A stretch of DNA of 59,766 bases, counting the filler, from Sphacelaria rigidula (lineage: Eukaryota): assembly GCA_964200075.2 (NCBI GenBank). It is 9 parts of 9 records of this genome, joined end to end, with 100 filler letters (N's around TTAATTAATTAA, not from the genome) between each part and the next. Parts side by side here need not be neighbours in the genome. Positions count along the whole stretch, not along the records: positions 13,305 to 19,856 come from CAXNAA020019391.1; positions 19,957 to 26,508 come from CAXNAA020019392.1; 7 more parts are not named here. The stretch is one strand, 5' to 3'. The notes under the pieces are model-generated. The model made no database searches. It worked only from the letters and a program-made list of their open reading frames with translations, and was not told the DNA's origin. The translations under genes and the position numbers were made by a program. This document shows positions 13,205 through 25,330 of the stretch, piece by piece (within the stretch, counting starts at the first letter, position 1; every line of letters starts with the position of its first letter).

Positions 13205-13304
13205 NNNNNNNNNNNNNNNNNNNNNNNNNNNNNNNNNNNNNNNNNNNNTTAATTAATTAANNNNNNNNNNNNNNNNNNNNNNNNNNNNNNNNNNNNNNNN
13301 NNNN
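13205..13304. other. Artificial contig linker
   Basis: 44N-TTAATTAATTAA-44N. Confidence 0.99.
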
Positions 13305-13392
13305 TGAGTTGCTTTATTCTGCGGTTTTGCCACGTCCAGAGACAGCCACAGCTTTTACACTGCCTCATGGGTGTCTAACCGGTTGTGTCATG

Positions 13393-13465
13393 GGGGGGGG
13401 CGTACTCATTTGTTGCTTGCCTTAGTCATTTGACCATTGACCACGCATCCCCTTCGAGACGGCGG
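13393..13465 (+). repeat. G-run-headed dispersed repeat (subfamily a)
   Basis: G-run+CGTACTCATTTGTTGCTTGCCTTAGTCATTTGACCATTGACCACGCATCCC; reverse-complement copies at ~40630-40703 and ~29115-29175. Confidence 0.75.
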
Positions 13466-13514
13466 GGAGGGGGGGGGATTTCTCTCAATTTGGTTCTAGA
13501 AGCAATGCAGCAAT

Positions 13515-13657
13515 GAGTCGTTCTACGGCACGGGTGCACACGTTTGTTTCTGAGGCTCTGCACGTTAGGAGCCTTTCGATGACAAGCACCTGGGTTTTCT
13601 TGTGCGGCCTTAGACAAATTTTGGACCAAAAGGTGCACCCCTACCGTAGAGTGACTC
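13515..13657. mobile_element. Short relative of the Sola-like MITE at 12722
   Basis: TIRs GAGTCGTTCTACGGCACGGGTGCAC / GTGCACCCCTACCGTAGAGTGACTC with GAG..CTC termini; TSD not preserved. Confidence 0.7.
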
Positions 13658-13783
13658 TAACGTTGGCAAGGAGTGAGAACGATAGTGTTTTCCGAGTGCG
13701 AAGACTGCCTTTCGTAATCCGATCTGTGACGTAGATATCCGCTGCGATGGTAAAACAACTCCGGGTACTACGCATACTCTCAC

Positions 13784-14044
13784 CACTGTAGGGCTGCCCA
13801 CACGAGAAGCTCTCAGGATTTGTTCTATCCCCCCACTGCTTTCATCTGCCGCAGCGTAGGACCTTCTCAGTTCCTGCCACAGGCTACAACGGTCGAATTG
13901 GGAGCACCCTTGTTGCCCGAGACAAGCTTCCGCACATCGACTGGCGAGGTCCCCTTCGGGAGCCAACGCCAGCAGCAGGACGACTCCTATGAGCGGAGAC
14001 GCATTCCATTTCTTCGGCCACGTCCCGAGTTCCGACACGTCGAC
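13784..14044 (-). CDS. Exon of divergent dynein heavy chain-like gene (region preceding AAA6)
   Basis: AAG acceptor, GTGAGA donor, 261 bp. WPKKWNASPLIGVVLLLALAPEGD..CAEACLG resembles dynein W...LSxFQxLLLLRxLRPD...FV...LG. Confidence 0.6.
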
Positions 14045-14179
14045 CTTTTCCCCGGCGGAACATGAGCCACACAGTAACGGTAATGGGTACGGCGGTTGAC
14101 TTTGTCAATCGTGAGTAGCGACAGATGGATAAATTTCTGTTTTTTTTTTCTCTTCACCGTGAATGGACAAGAACCTCAT

Positions 14180-14446
14180 GGGACACTTTCTACGACGGCC
14201 CCCGCCCAAAAACTGGCTGGTTCGGGGATCGAAAACCCACACGTATTTCGAAATTAAACAAGCTGAGCGCAACAAGAAGCTGGGAATTCCCACGCTTGGG
14301 TTCGTTTTCGCCAATGTCTCCTACGTGAGGCGCTTCATGCAGCCTGAAACATAACTTCAGGCGATGTATGTATGGCAATTTCCTTCGTGACAGTTTTGTG
14401 CTGTTCGTCTTTTTTTGGGGGGGGGGGGCTATCGTAGAAAGTGCCC
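14180..14446. mobile_element. Intronic MITE with TIR GGACACTTTCTACGA(C/T)(G/A)GCCCC
   Basis: Inverted termini; internal sequence shared with 25756-26004; flanked by 17-bp direct repeats at 14160-14176 and 14451-14467. Confidence 0.75.
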
Positions 14447-14824
14447 ACTATGAATGGACAAGAACCTGGGAGACAAGAGCATGAGCAGAGGCAAATTTGT
14501 GCGAAGTCGAAGACAAGAGTCGTTCGTTGAGTACACGCGAAACATCAGAGTCGAACCCAAGGCTAATCGTTTTTTCCCAGCCCGTGACCGAGATGGGCGA
14601 ACTCACCTCCAGGCTCCGCGTTTTTTTCGCTTTTTTTCTCCCGAATACCGATAAGGCTACTAGTTTCATCGCCACGGTTCGAGCCGCTGTCCGAGACCCC
14701 GTGGCATGCTTCTCGCCGGTAGCTGGCGGCAGAACACTACCGTTCACAGCAACATTCAGAACGTTCGTGGATTCGAAGGACAGAGAACAAAGAGGCAGGG
14801 GTGTGGGGTGTGCCTGTGCCGTAC

Positions 14825-14912
14825 CTCGGAGGAGAGTGGATTGGATACAACGATATCACTACATCGACCTGCCCGCGGCAGGGGGAAGGGATTGGTCATG
14901 CCGTGACTGCAG
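14825..14912 (-). CDS. Small exon of the dynein-like gene (acceptor uncertain)
   Basis: CAG acceptor and GAG|GTACGG donor. Phases (2 in, 0 out) join the 15106 donor to the 14044 acceptor without a stop. Confidence 0.45.
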
Positions 14913-15105
14913 CTGGTGCTTGTCGAGTACTGCGGTGTACGTTGAGGCTGTCAGCATAGTATACACGGAATAGAAAAAAAACTCGAAATACCACAGAGGA
15001 TACCGCAATCGCATGCATATCGTCAACTGATCATGTATTCGAGGGTAACACGGAAGAATGTACTGTGCTTTTCATTGAAACCCATGATTGTGATCGCAAA
15101 CCAAC

Positions 15106-18100
15106 CTTGGGCTTCGATGCTTATCAGACCGCTGTTTGGCAACTAAACCGGCTCCACCCGTTTCCTCCACGGACGCAGCTTCTCCTTCCTTACGTCGTCT
15201 TTTGTGGTCGCTCTTTCGTCTTTCGCTCACGGCAATAACGTCGTTGTTTTCGCTCTCAGCAGCTGCAGCGACGTCGTCGACCTTGTCGTTATCGAGATCT
15301 GCGTCCGGAGCGACTGCTACTTGTTGTTCGACAGCGGGGACTTCTGGAACTGGCTCAGGAGGCGCCGGAGGGGGGGGCTCTGATCTGATCTCCTTATGCC
15401 AATCGCTGTTGTCTCGCCGCGGACGAAAACTCTCCGCCACGAACGTTATATACGCAGCCCCACCTTCGGTATCGCCGTCACTGCCGCCGACTTCGACAGT
15501 ATCTACCCTGGGACCTGCAGCCCCTTTGGCGACGCCTGAAAACGATACATCCACCCGCTCTCTAAGCTCGGACGCTTTTTTCGGGAACGACAACCCTTGG
15601 ATGCCGACTTCCTTCGACTGGGATGATACACCGAAGAGAATGGTGGCCCTATCAACGAAATCCGGTCGATCAATCCTTGATCCCTCCGAGTCATCACAGG
15701 GTATATCTCCATCCACTCCGTCGAGATGACCCAGCTTGACTTTCATGCGCTCACGAGAATCGCGACGAACCCTGGAAAGACCGGACCCAGGGTCCAACGG
15801 CGACTCACCAGGAACATCCGTTTCTCTCCCGATAGGATTGTCCAGTTCCGTACTGTGAGGTGGTGTGGTATGGGGGTGAATGGAATCAGCGTCGTCGCCG
15901 CTATCCCTGTCATTCTCGTCGGAAGACGCGCTGGGATGAGACATGCTACCCGATGACGATTCCGAGCTCATGTCATCGGTCGCTTCGGCCGTGGAGTGAA
16001 GGGAACCGCGAGAACCAAATGCCGGCGGGGGGGTTGACAGTTGAAGATAGAGGAGAGTTTGCGAATCACTGGGGTCTTCTTCTTCTTTTGTCGCCCGCAG
16101 ACTGTCGCGTATGGCCCCAATCCAGTTCACCCATTGGCTGGGCTGCGACAGCACGTAGCCCGGTAACCTCTCGAACACGTCGTTCATTGTTACTTCTAGC
16201 AACACCAGCCGCTGCAAGTATTCGTCGTGGCAAAATCTCTCCGCAGCCACTTTCTGCACGTGACTGAGGTTGGACCTATCTTCCTTTGCCCTGTGCCACA
16301 GCTCACTCAAACGGGTAAAAAAAGGGTCTGGGTTTACCTCCGCGTGTTTCGTGTCATCGGCGATCTCACACCTAGTTGCTTCGCCATTGCTCTCCTTGTA
16401 TTGTTGGCTCATAGCCACTGCGTTGAGTGATGAAGTTGATGTCGATTGCGCCCTCGCGAACTCGATTGCCGTCACTGTGGCTTCATTGTGCGTCCAGTTA
16501 GAAGTGTCGAAGCCCAACTTCCAGCAGTGGGGAGACAAGGTCGCTCGGCCTTTCATTTGGACGTCTCTTCCGTCACTATCTGACAAATTACTTTCCGAAC
16601 TGGAGACCTTTGCCGCTGACAAGTCGGCGTTGGAGTCTTCAAAACCGAGCCCAGGGTGGTCGCCAAGCCACGTAGCCCCTACGCTACGCACCTGTGCCAG
16701 TCCTTGCTCGACGCCCACAAGCTGCTCTTGGCTTTCCTTGATATCTCCGAGAACACCAGCAATATGGTGGTGAGGACGTGCCGTCGCTCTCTGTATGCCC
16801 GGACCACCTGTGCTCATGTCAGCACCGGTACCCATGCCAAGGCTTGGAACGGCCATGGAAAACAGAAACGGCAGGTCAAGCTGGCTCGGGTTTGAGTGCT
16901 TTCGTCTGTGTCGATTTGCGAGAAGCACGCTGCACGTATCCCACCACCCTCGAGATGGAAACTCGTCGGGCCTAGCCCCAGCCATGACCGCGACTGGGAT
17001 AATCCAGGCACAGTTACGGGACACTCTTGTTAAAAAGCTCTCGGTAAGGGCGCCCAGGATGCTGCGCTCGACCGTTTCTTCCTCCTGCTGTTCCCGTGTT
17101 CCGTCGTTCTCCCGTACCGCACAAGTAGCTCGGCGTAGAACACCGTGAATGAGAGCGCGGACGGCGGGCGAGGCGGGGCAGTAGAGGGCAGGATCCAAAC
17201 CCCATGCGTGCAGCATCTCTCCCATTCGAGCCAGTGTTCGAACGACTGATTGAGACACTCGGTGTCCCATCCGTCTTTCCGATCTCATCTCCTTGACCAG
17301 TCCTGCCTGCGCTGCTCGACCGCACGTGTGTACCACCTGCTGTACGCTCTGCAGGGTGCTCTTGTACGCAAACATTGTCTCGATTAGATGGTTGACTAGC
17401 CTGTTCTGGTCGCGCTCGATCTCGTCTCCGTCTCCGGGTTTGAAAGATTCTCCGGGCAGCATCCCGGACTCTTTCCGCGAGCTAGAACCCACGGCGGGAT
17501 CGAAACACGACGGTCGAGAGGAAAGTACTGCCAGTACTGCTTCATGAGCAGCACCAAGCTGCTCGGAATAAAAAAACGCTTGTCGCTGGGCCTTCTCCAC
17601 TGCGGCGCCAGGATCAATTGCTTCCGCTCCCCCTGCAACAGCAGAGTGAGACGCACCGATGATGTGTTGCTGTAGTCCAAGACCCAGCGTCATGGGCGTG
17701 CTCAACCCGGGCAACTGGCCAAGCCCAAGCCCGGCCACAATCACCCCGGGGATTGGTGTATCTTCCTGCCCCTGGGACGTACTGCTTGAACTCGAGTCCC
17801 CATCGTCGCGGTCACCGACGTCCGCGTTTTGACCTGGCATACTAGACAGCGGATCGGTGTTGCAAGCGCTGACTGCCGGTGGGCTGTCGAAGCAGTCCAC
17901 GCCTCCGAAACGAATCACTTGGAGTCGCGCGAGAGCATCTGGGACGTCCTCGAGAAACACCAAGGGCGTCGCGCCGCTGAATGCCGAACTCTTGCTTTGA
18001 TTCGCATCATGCGCAGAGGGTATCCGCACACTCGAAAATTGTAGAGAACCTGCAAACAAGAACACCCGAAAGCCGGGTTTGACCGATACGATGGTAGCAT

Positions 18101-18372
18101 CTGGCCCGCTCCCGACCACTGCAACTCCATACGACTCGTTTGCGGCGGCGATGTCCGGCATGGTCTCAGCGCTGCAGCTTGCCCGGTCTCCGACGGGCCG
18201 AACCTCGGATCCAAGGAAAAGAGCGAGCTGAGGGTGAACGCCTCCTTCTGTAGAACCCACTACAAGCACTTCGCCTCTGTTTGCAGACGAAGATATTACT
18301 TCCAGGCTTACTGCAGACGCAGGCACCGGGACGACGATTCTTGCTTGTCCCGGGTAAACGCACCGTAGCCAT
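15106..18372 (-). CDS. 3267-bp exon of divergent dynein heavy chain-like gene (AAA5, strut/buttress region, large insertions)
   Basis: Overlaps nearly all of the 1084-aa ORF; TAG acceptor at 18373-18375 and AG|GTTGGT donor. Segments resemble dynein AAA5 (GEVLVV..GGVHPQLALFL; VKPGFRVFL; LQVIRF) and downstream motifs (EIERDQNRLVNHL; LDPALY; LTESFLTRVSR; F..LP....P..W..W). Confidence 0.75.
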
Positions 18373-18615
18373 CTAGATCAAGAGCAGACACAGACACGAG
18401 ATCAAAGTGGCACGAAGTTTTCTCATTGAGAAAAAAAAGGCATGGATAACGTCGGGCGCTGACCAGGGAATATTAGCCAATCACATCTCCCGAGTTGGTG
18501 GTTAGCTGTCGCACAGGATCGCCATGCATCCATGGCGATTTTGGTATGCATTCATGTCGGCACGAAGTGTTTGAAAAAAAATGCTGACGTCGGCTGCGGT
18601 TACCCGTGCGCTTAC

Positions 18616-18733
18616 CTCAAAGCGATGCCGCTCGGATCGATGACTAGAGGCCACTTCGGTGTAGTTAAGGTCAGCAGTGCTGCGTCCATGAATCCCGGGT
18701 GAAAGGGCAGGCCGGGCTTATTCCAGGGATTTC
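18616..18733 (-). CDS. Exon of dynein heavy chain-like gene, start of AAA5
   Basis: CAG acceptor, AG|GTAAGC donor. WNKPGLPFHPGFMDAALLTLTTPKWPLVIDPSGIALR|WL matches the dynein signature W..GLP.D....NA.I.....RWPL.IDP.GQA..W and splices in frame to 18372. Confidence 0.8.
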
Positions 18734-19425
18734 CTGGGTCGCTCGACATGTAACAAAGTCATGGAGGGGCGATAGATAGTTGTCACGAGGAACAGTGTAG
18801 ACCCGTCAAAGTCTCCTGTATATACGTAAGATTGGACCTCGTTTCTACTGTTGGTGCTAAGATATCGAGCTTTTGTTTGAGCAGAAGACATATGGAATCT
18901 TGAAGGCGAAGCAATAACACAGCAGCAAGAATGAGTTGCTACTCAGCCACCGATTTCAGGAACATTTTTTCCGCCGATTCCGCACAAAACAAAGTCGGGA
19001 GAAATAATTGATATGGTGGGATATTGTGGCGGATGCAACGCCAAAACGGTGTTATACGCTGTGACGTTCGAACATTTTGGTCGTTTCGTGGACTACGCTT
19101 GGATTCCCTACGAGAGATTTGCTGCGTTTTGTGTCGAAAGCAACGCCTTATATCACTCTCGGCACCTGGACGCACCTATGGTTCACCTAGAACGCGTTCT
19201 TCGGGGGTCACGCTTCAACACAAACAAGGTTGTTTTCGAGTATTACGTGTACTGAACCGACCCTGTGCGGGTGGTGTAGGAATGAATATATCACGCACAA
19301 GAATGGTACCCGCTATATTCAAAGCATCTTGCTAACCTCTGAGGCACTAGAAAACGGCGTTGTTGAAATCAAGCATTTGCTTTCAACGCCGGCGCCGAAC
19401 CGCCGCTCGTTGTTCATTTGGAAGT

Positions 19426-19733
19426 TCTAGGCGACTAGACACCAGCCGGGGTCACACAGGAGGAAGGCCAACACAGGAGCTTTTTATTATTTTATTTGTT
19501 TCAGTTCTCTACCTTCCTTCTGCGGTGCTTACCTTCATTTTTGATCGCAAGAAGGGTTCTGCAGTCCCTTCTCCTCGTCGACCGTTGAATCGAATTTTGT
19601 GTACCCACGACATAGTCACTCTCCACTGTTGGGCATTGTGTGAGAAAAAATCCCAGATCGCTCCGAGATTTGAACCCACGACCCAGCCGTCAGAAGATTT
19701 CGAGGTTATCAACTGAGCCACCGGGGCGACCGG
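19426..19733 (-). mobile_element. tRNA-derived SINE (family 1)
   Basis: Head CCGGTCGCCCCGG-TGGCTCAGTTG (box A)...GGTTCAAATC (box B) with a TTCTGA anticodon-like loop, followed by a non-tRNA body. Same head at 59694. Confidence 0.8.
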
Positions 19734-19783
19734 TTAGTGCAAACGACGCTGACCTTCGTCAGAAGGTTTTGAGGTTACCAACT

Positions 19784-19856
19784 AACAGACGATTCTCGAA
19801 AATGGGGTTGAAAAAAAAATGAGGTTCAACTCAAAAGTCGTGCTTTCCCTGGCCTA
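19784..19856 (+). mobile_element. Left end of AACAG-type MITE (family of 42805-43226)
   Basis: Closely matches the first ~70 bp of the 42805 element; truncated by contig end. Confidence 0.8.
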
Positions 19857-19956
19857 NNNNNNNNNNNNNNNNNNNNNNNNNNNNNNNNNNNNNNNNNNNN
19901 TTAATTAATTAANNNNNNNNNNNNNNNNNNNNNNNNNNNNNNNNNNNNNNNNNNNN
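19857..19956. other. Artificial contig linker
   Basis: 44N-TTAATTAATTAA-44N. Confidence 0.99.
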
Positions 19957-20025
19957 CTTTGTCGGGATGCGAGGTCAACGGTCTTATGACTATGGCATGC
20001 ATGATCATGAGTAACCCTCCCCCCT
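19957..20025 (-). repeat. G-run-headed dispersed repeat (subfamily b)
   Basis: Reverse complement matches 33088-33160, 26476-26508 and 25696-25756 (..TACTCATGATCATGC.TGCCATAGTCAT.AGACC.TTGACCTCGCATCCC). Confidence 0.75.
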
Positions 20026-20784
20026 CCGCCCCAGGTATACAAAGTGCTATGGTAGTACGTACTTGTATCTCTTGTTGCCTTTTTTATTGTCCTTCTGTTG
20101 TTTGCCCTGTAAATGTCGATTTATCCATTTTTCTTCTTCTCTTTTCTTCTCCCCGTTTTTTGTTTCGTAATGTGATGACCCAATCAGCTTTAACGTGGGT
20201 AACAGCCCGTTGGCGGACCTTGCTCCGTGGCTACCGTACGGAGGCAAGGGGTTCGATCTCATTGTGGTTGGTCTTCAGGAGAGCACGTACAAGGTGGGAG
20301 ATCAAACACCGAGCAGCGATCACGCTAATGGCCAGAGGGTAGGAAGGGGGGGGTAGTAGGATGATGGCACGAAACGCGTCAAGGGGAAAACAAAATGGGG
20401 AAGATCGCAGGCCCGAACGCACAGCGCATGGAAGGTAGAACGATGATATGGCACAAGAAGTATCGCGACTTTTGCGAACACACACGGCGCACGTGTGCAC
20501 ACAAAATTTAGATTCCCGTATCTTTTGATACGGTTTTTATCACGCGAACTATGCAAAAGCATAATAGAATACCGTACCATGCCATGCCATAAACACACGC
20601 ACCGCCGAACTGCAAACATGAAACAAAACAGGCTCCAAGAGGCGCACGAGACTCCCCCCTCTCACACAGCAACAGCGTCAGCCCCGCCATCACGCCGGTC
20701 AGCAGAACGGTCTCAGGAACATCCCTCAGCGGCAGGGGAAGCCTCTCTCCCCGGTGGCCGGTCACGCAGACGCAGGCGTCGGAT

Positions 20785-21764
20785 ATGGGCGACGACACGC
20801 CACCTCCCGGTCGCGGTTTTTCCCCGTTCCCCTCCGTTTCCCCTCTGTCGATAGCCGAACGAGAGCGGCAAACGATAATGCTGGATTCGTTGTCCCCGAT
20901 TCCCCGACGGTCGGCGGCTGCGCCTGCACCACGGAAGCGTTATTCTTCCCCGTTAGCGCAACCTTCTTCTGTCCCTTCTACCCCATCGTCGCCGACAACT
21001 TCACCGGCAGCTCACCGACGTCAACAGAGCAGCTCACCGGGGAACGCGACAAAATTGGGCAAGCCAGCCGCTTCTCCCCTGTTAGCAAGAGGGTCTCCTC
21101 CCTCATCGGCAGCGGCGGCCGCGACAGTGGCGGCCCAGCAGCGGCAGTCCCCAGTAGGAGTGTCGCCGAAATTTACCTTCAACCAAGGCAAGCCTAGAAT
21201 TTCATCCCCATTAGCCGGGTGGTCTTCGCCCCTCGCAGCGGGATCGACGGTGGCCGTGCCGACCGCGGCGGCGCGGCAGCAGCCGCCGCCGCTGCCCCAG
21301 CCGCACCCACGAGGTAGGTCGGGACAGAGCGGGATGATGGACTTGCGCCAGCCGAGCGCCAGCTCCAGTAGCAGAACAAACAGCAACAGCGGCAGAGGCG
21401 CTGGCGCTAGTCGCACGAGAAGCTTTACGGGGCGACTGGAATCGACGCCCGAGCGGAAGCCGCTGACGACGTCGGGAAAACTGTCACCACGGACTATGAA
21501 GCGTAGGGATTCCGCGCCTGCCGCTGCTGGTTCTTCCGATAGTGGCCCCGCCGACGGCGTTGATTCGGCAGCGGCGGCGACGAGGACGACGACTACGGCG
21601 ATGGCGACAACTGAGGAAAACCAGGCAGCGAGAAAAGGAAAGGGTGTGGATAGGGAAGGGGACGATGGTGGGGACGTTGATGATAGCGCGTTTTCGAGTG
21701 TGACAGCGTCCGGGAAGAGGGCGCTGCTGAACCGATCTCCGGAGACTTCTGTAGAGAGGACGAT
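20785..21764 (+). CDS. First coding exon of a Ser/Pro/Ala-rich, probably disordered host protein
   Basis: ATG at 20785, 326 GC-rich open codons, perfect GTAAGT donor at 21765. No recognisable domain. Confidence 0.75.
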
Positions 21765-23397
21765 GTAAGTTTGGGGCGAAAAATGTGGACATGGTTGTTT
21801 CGTCTTTGAGAAAGACAGTTTTATTTTTCAAGAACCAGGACACTAAAATGATGCCACTTTTCTGTCGACCGTGAGGTACTAATTCTAAGATTTGTCTGAG
21901 GTGAAAGAAACATACAAGTGTACGTGAAGAACAACTACTGCTTGCTTTTTGATTTCAAGACAAGAATTGGCTCGAGTGTGTGGTTGAGGGACGGAAGCGT
22001 TTCAATTGTTTGTTTTTCGTCACACGTTCAACCCTTTTCCTTCGTCCGGGCGAGTCCGCGCTCTTGACGGATCAATCCATCTCTTTTCCTGGCACACGCC
22101 TTTACATTTGTGAGATCATCGCGGATTGGATCAACACTCCCGCACCACCTCAACTGTAGTTATATAAACACTCCCTTGAGCTACTCACGTCCCTGCGATT
22201 GTAACGGCGGAAATCAGACACATGGTCAGATAAAAATCCAAATGCGGCTGCCGGTAATCAAACCTACATGTTTCCGACAGGATTGACTGTCGGTAGTACC
22301 GTTATACCATCAGGACGCGGTGGTACATACACCGATATGGTGTTGTCCTTTGAAGGGTGTTACCGGGTCGTGGCTTCGGAGTTACCGGCGGCGTAGGCGG
22401 GTTGGTCCGTTATATATTTTCCGAGAGAGGTCTGGTGCCTGGAGGGATCAATGTTTAATCAGTACGTGTTGATTTTTTCATGATACTTTTTTTTATTCAT
22501 TTTTGTGCGCGTTGTACAATGGCTCCCCTGTTTCACAGCCAGCCGTCGCTGCACCTTTTCCGAAAAGGGCAAATATGTTTTCGTGGGAAGTAGCAGGACG
22601 AAGGTAGGAGCACCGCTTCAGCTGTCTTGTGTGTGTATTCATGTAGCTTTGGGGGCTCTGAAAAAAATTGGAAACCGTTTTTTATATATATCAGAGGGGG
22701 AAGTACACATCTTGCCTTCCATCAAGATCCATTACCGCGAATAGCTTCAAAAGGCAGAGGGATGTTGGAGGGAAGTAATTCGAGATACATGATTTTTGAA
22801 CGACTGACGAAAGCCATGGTCATGATACAGAAGATCGCTTGCACGTGATACAGCAACGAGCCAGTCAGTCAGGCGTTGACCCGTTTGAGCGCAGGCAGTT
22901 GGGACACCTGAGTCTGACGAACAATGTTTCGAGCGAACATGATGCCGATTCAACTGATGAGCGCACCTGGGCAGTCACAGAGTAAAGTTCATTCACCTCC
23001 TCTGTGATTTTCGTCAAACTCTGAGTCCGCTCCCTTTTCTCGGGACAAATACGCGGTAGTGTCGAAGGATCGAATCTTTACAGGATAAGGGTTAGGTACG
23101 AGACTAGCGAGAACGAACCACGGTTCAAACGCACAATCTCAAGGGATCAACGCTCCGTCCCCTCCTCATTATAGATGTCTTGATCCAGAGACCAACCGCG
23201 TCATCCTCAAATGATCGAATCATCAATAACCAATAACCAATAACCGATAATCAAAATCTTCCTCTTTCTCTTCCCCTCTGGTCATCGTCCTCTCCCCCTC
23301 CCCCCTCTTTCGCCCTCGTGTGTTTCCCCCCCTTGTTTTTCATGGTTTCATTTGCCAATGAAAATCAAATCATGCCGCCTCCGACCGCTGCAAAAAG

Positions 23398-23580
23398 AAG
23401 ACCTCGCACTCCGATCAGCTTCCCAGCACGATCACCTCCCGCCGGGGGGGTGCGGACGTCCACGTCGCCGCTGTCGGCAGTGGTGACTACCGGCACCCCA
23501 GCCCCCCGTGATCCGGTGATCGGCCTGTCTCAGTCGTTGCCTTCGCAGTTGCCAGAAGAACAGACGTCGTGGGAACTCAG
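23398..23580 (+). CDS. Probable next exon of the same gene
   Basis: First AG after a long pyrimidine tract (23260-23340); phase 2 matches the upstream donor; similar S/P/T-rich composition; AG|GTGAC donor. Confidence 0.55.
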
Positions 23581-23694
23581 GTGACTTCTTCGAGGGAGAA
23601 ATAGGGTTTGATAACCTGTATGGGCTGTTGCTTAGAGGTAAAGGTCGGCGACGGCGGGAGGGGGGGGGGGGGCACATTGTTGACTCGCACGAAC

Positions 23695-25330
23695 TCTATC
23701 GATAGACCAGTTTCCCACACTATTTTCCGGGCAGCAGTCTGTTGTGACCCTACACCAAAATCTATTGCGGCCGACCAAATGTATCGATCGATAGTTTTCC
23801 AAATCTTTTGATGATAGCAATGGCTATCGATAGACCGCGTGCCAAATCTATTGATAGCGACGATGGTTGTTGGCAGGCTGTATATACCAAATCTATTGAT
23901 GGCAGCAATCGCTATTGATAGATTGCGTACAAAATCCATGCACCGCAGCAATGAATATCGACAGATACATACCAGAATCTACTGTGGTATACAAAGGCTA
24001 CCGACACATATTCTCTGTCGTCTATTGCCACGCCCACATTGCAACATACTACGTGTAGAGCATATCATACTCCGTTAAAGTATGGTAGAGAAGCCGCAGG
24101 TGCACATGCAGTGGATATATGATGATACTACTTGTGAATATATGACGTCACGTTTCTACAATTTTGGAACGCTGGTATTTTGTAGGAATCCGTGGACAAA
24201 AGTTTACAAGTTTTGTGGTCGATGTAGTGTTAGTACTTATGATTGTCCCTCTGATGGACATGAGCGCTTTCAGTACTTTTGTGTGTGGGTGAGATGTGCT
24301 TGTACCCTGGACAATAGACTATGCAATAGAACATTGGCGCTCCAATAGCCCCGAAAATTTGACTGTCAATGTTCAGTATCAGTCATAGTCGACTAGCATC
24401 AATGTCTATCGATAGCTATTGTAGGCGACAACAGATTCGGGACGAGGGACATAATGTATCATTGCCGTGGCGATGGAGGGGGCAAGTTGTCTATCGATAT
24501 ATCTTATTTGCTGCAAAAGGCGCTGAATTGCGGCCACCAATGTCCATTGCTTATCACAAAAGGATATGCTACGCGGCCACCAATACAAATTGTTGCTCAC
24601 AATAGGATCTAAATTGCGCCCACTAACGTCTATTGACAGTCACAATATCATCTGAATCGCGGTCACCAATGTCAATCGCTGGTCACAAAGCAATCTGAAT
24701 CGCGGCTACCAATATAATTCGCTGATCACCAAAGTAGCTGAATGCCGTCGATCACTAGCGCTATGTATGCACATACCTCTATGTATGTTCCACCTTATTC
24801 CACAGAAGCTGTGGCCAGCTATCGCCTCTGATAGTTGCGTGTTCATGTGTGAGGGACATTGCCGTTGATGTCATAAGACCACCACTGGCTATCGATAGGT
24901 GCTACCGAGAACAATCGATTGTTGACGGCAATGACCATATTGATGGATACCAAGAAATGTATTGTTGGCGGCAGAGGCTACCGATAGACGGCTCACCAAA
25001 TCTCTTGATGGCGGTATTTGAAGTTATTGATGGATGACTCACCTAATATGTTGATGACGGCAATGACTATCGATGGATGGCTCACCATATCTATTGATGA
25101 AGGCAATGACTATCGATGGATTGCTCACCAAACGTATTGATTACGGCGATTGCTATCGATATATACATCCCAGAATCTATTGCGGTACACATTTTAAATC
25201 GATGACGAGTGATCTGTATCTGATGTAATTGCCATTGGCTATCGCTCGACTATTGCAACATCTATCGTCCCTTGAAATACATATCAATAGATGCGTTTCA
25301 CCATCTATCGTGTTCGACAATATATATCGA
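23695..25330. repeat. Composite repeat with three 43-44-bp minisatellite blocks and many ATCGAT palindromes
   Basis: Periodic units at ~23799/23843/23888/23932; 24530/24573/24616/24659/24702; 24924/24967/25010/25056/25099/25142. Confidence 0.75.

Noticed and set aside
22954..22961. CTGATGAG hammerhead-like core
   Set aside because: No downstream GAAA with the required stems.
24520..25165. CRISPR-like periodic repeats
   Set aside because: Units are degenerate along their whole length with no unique spacers, there are no cas genes, and the context is eukaryotic.
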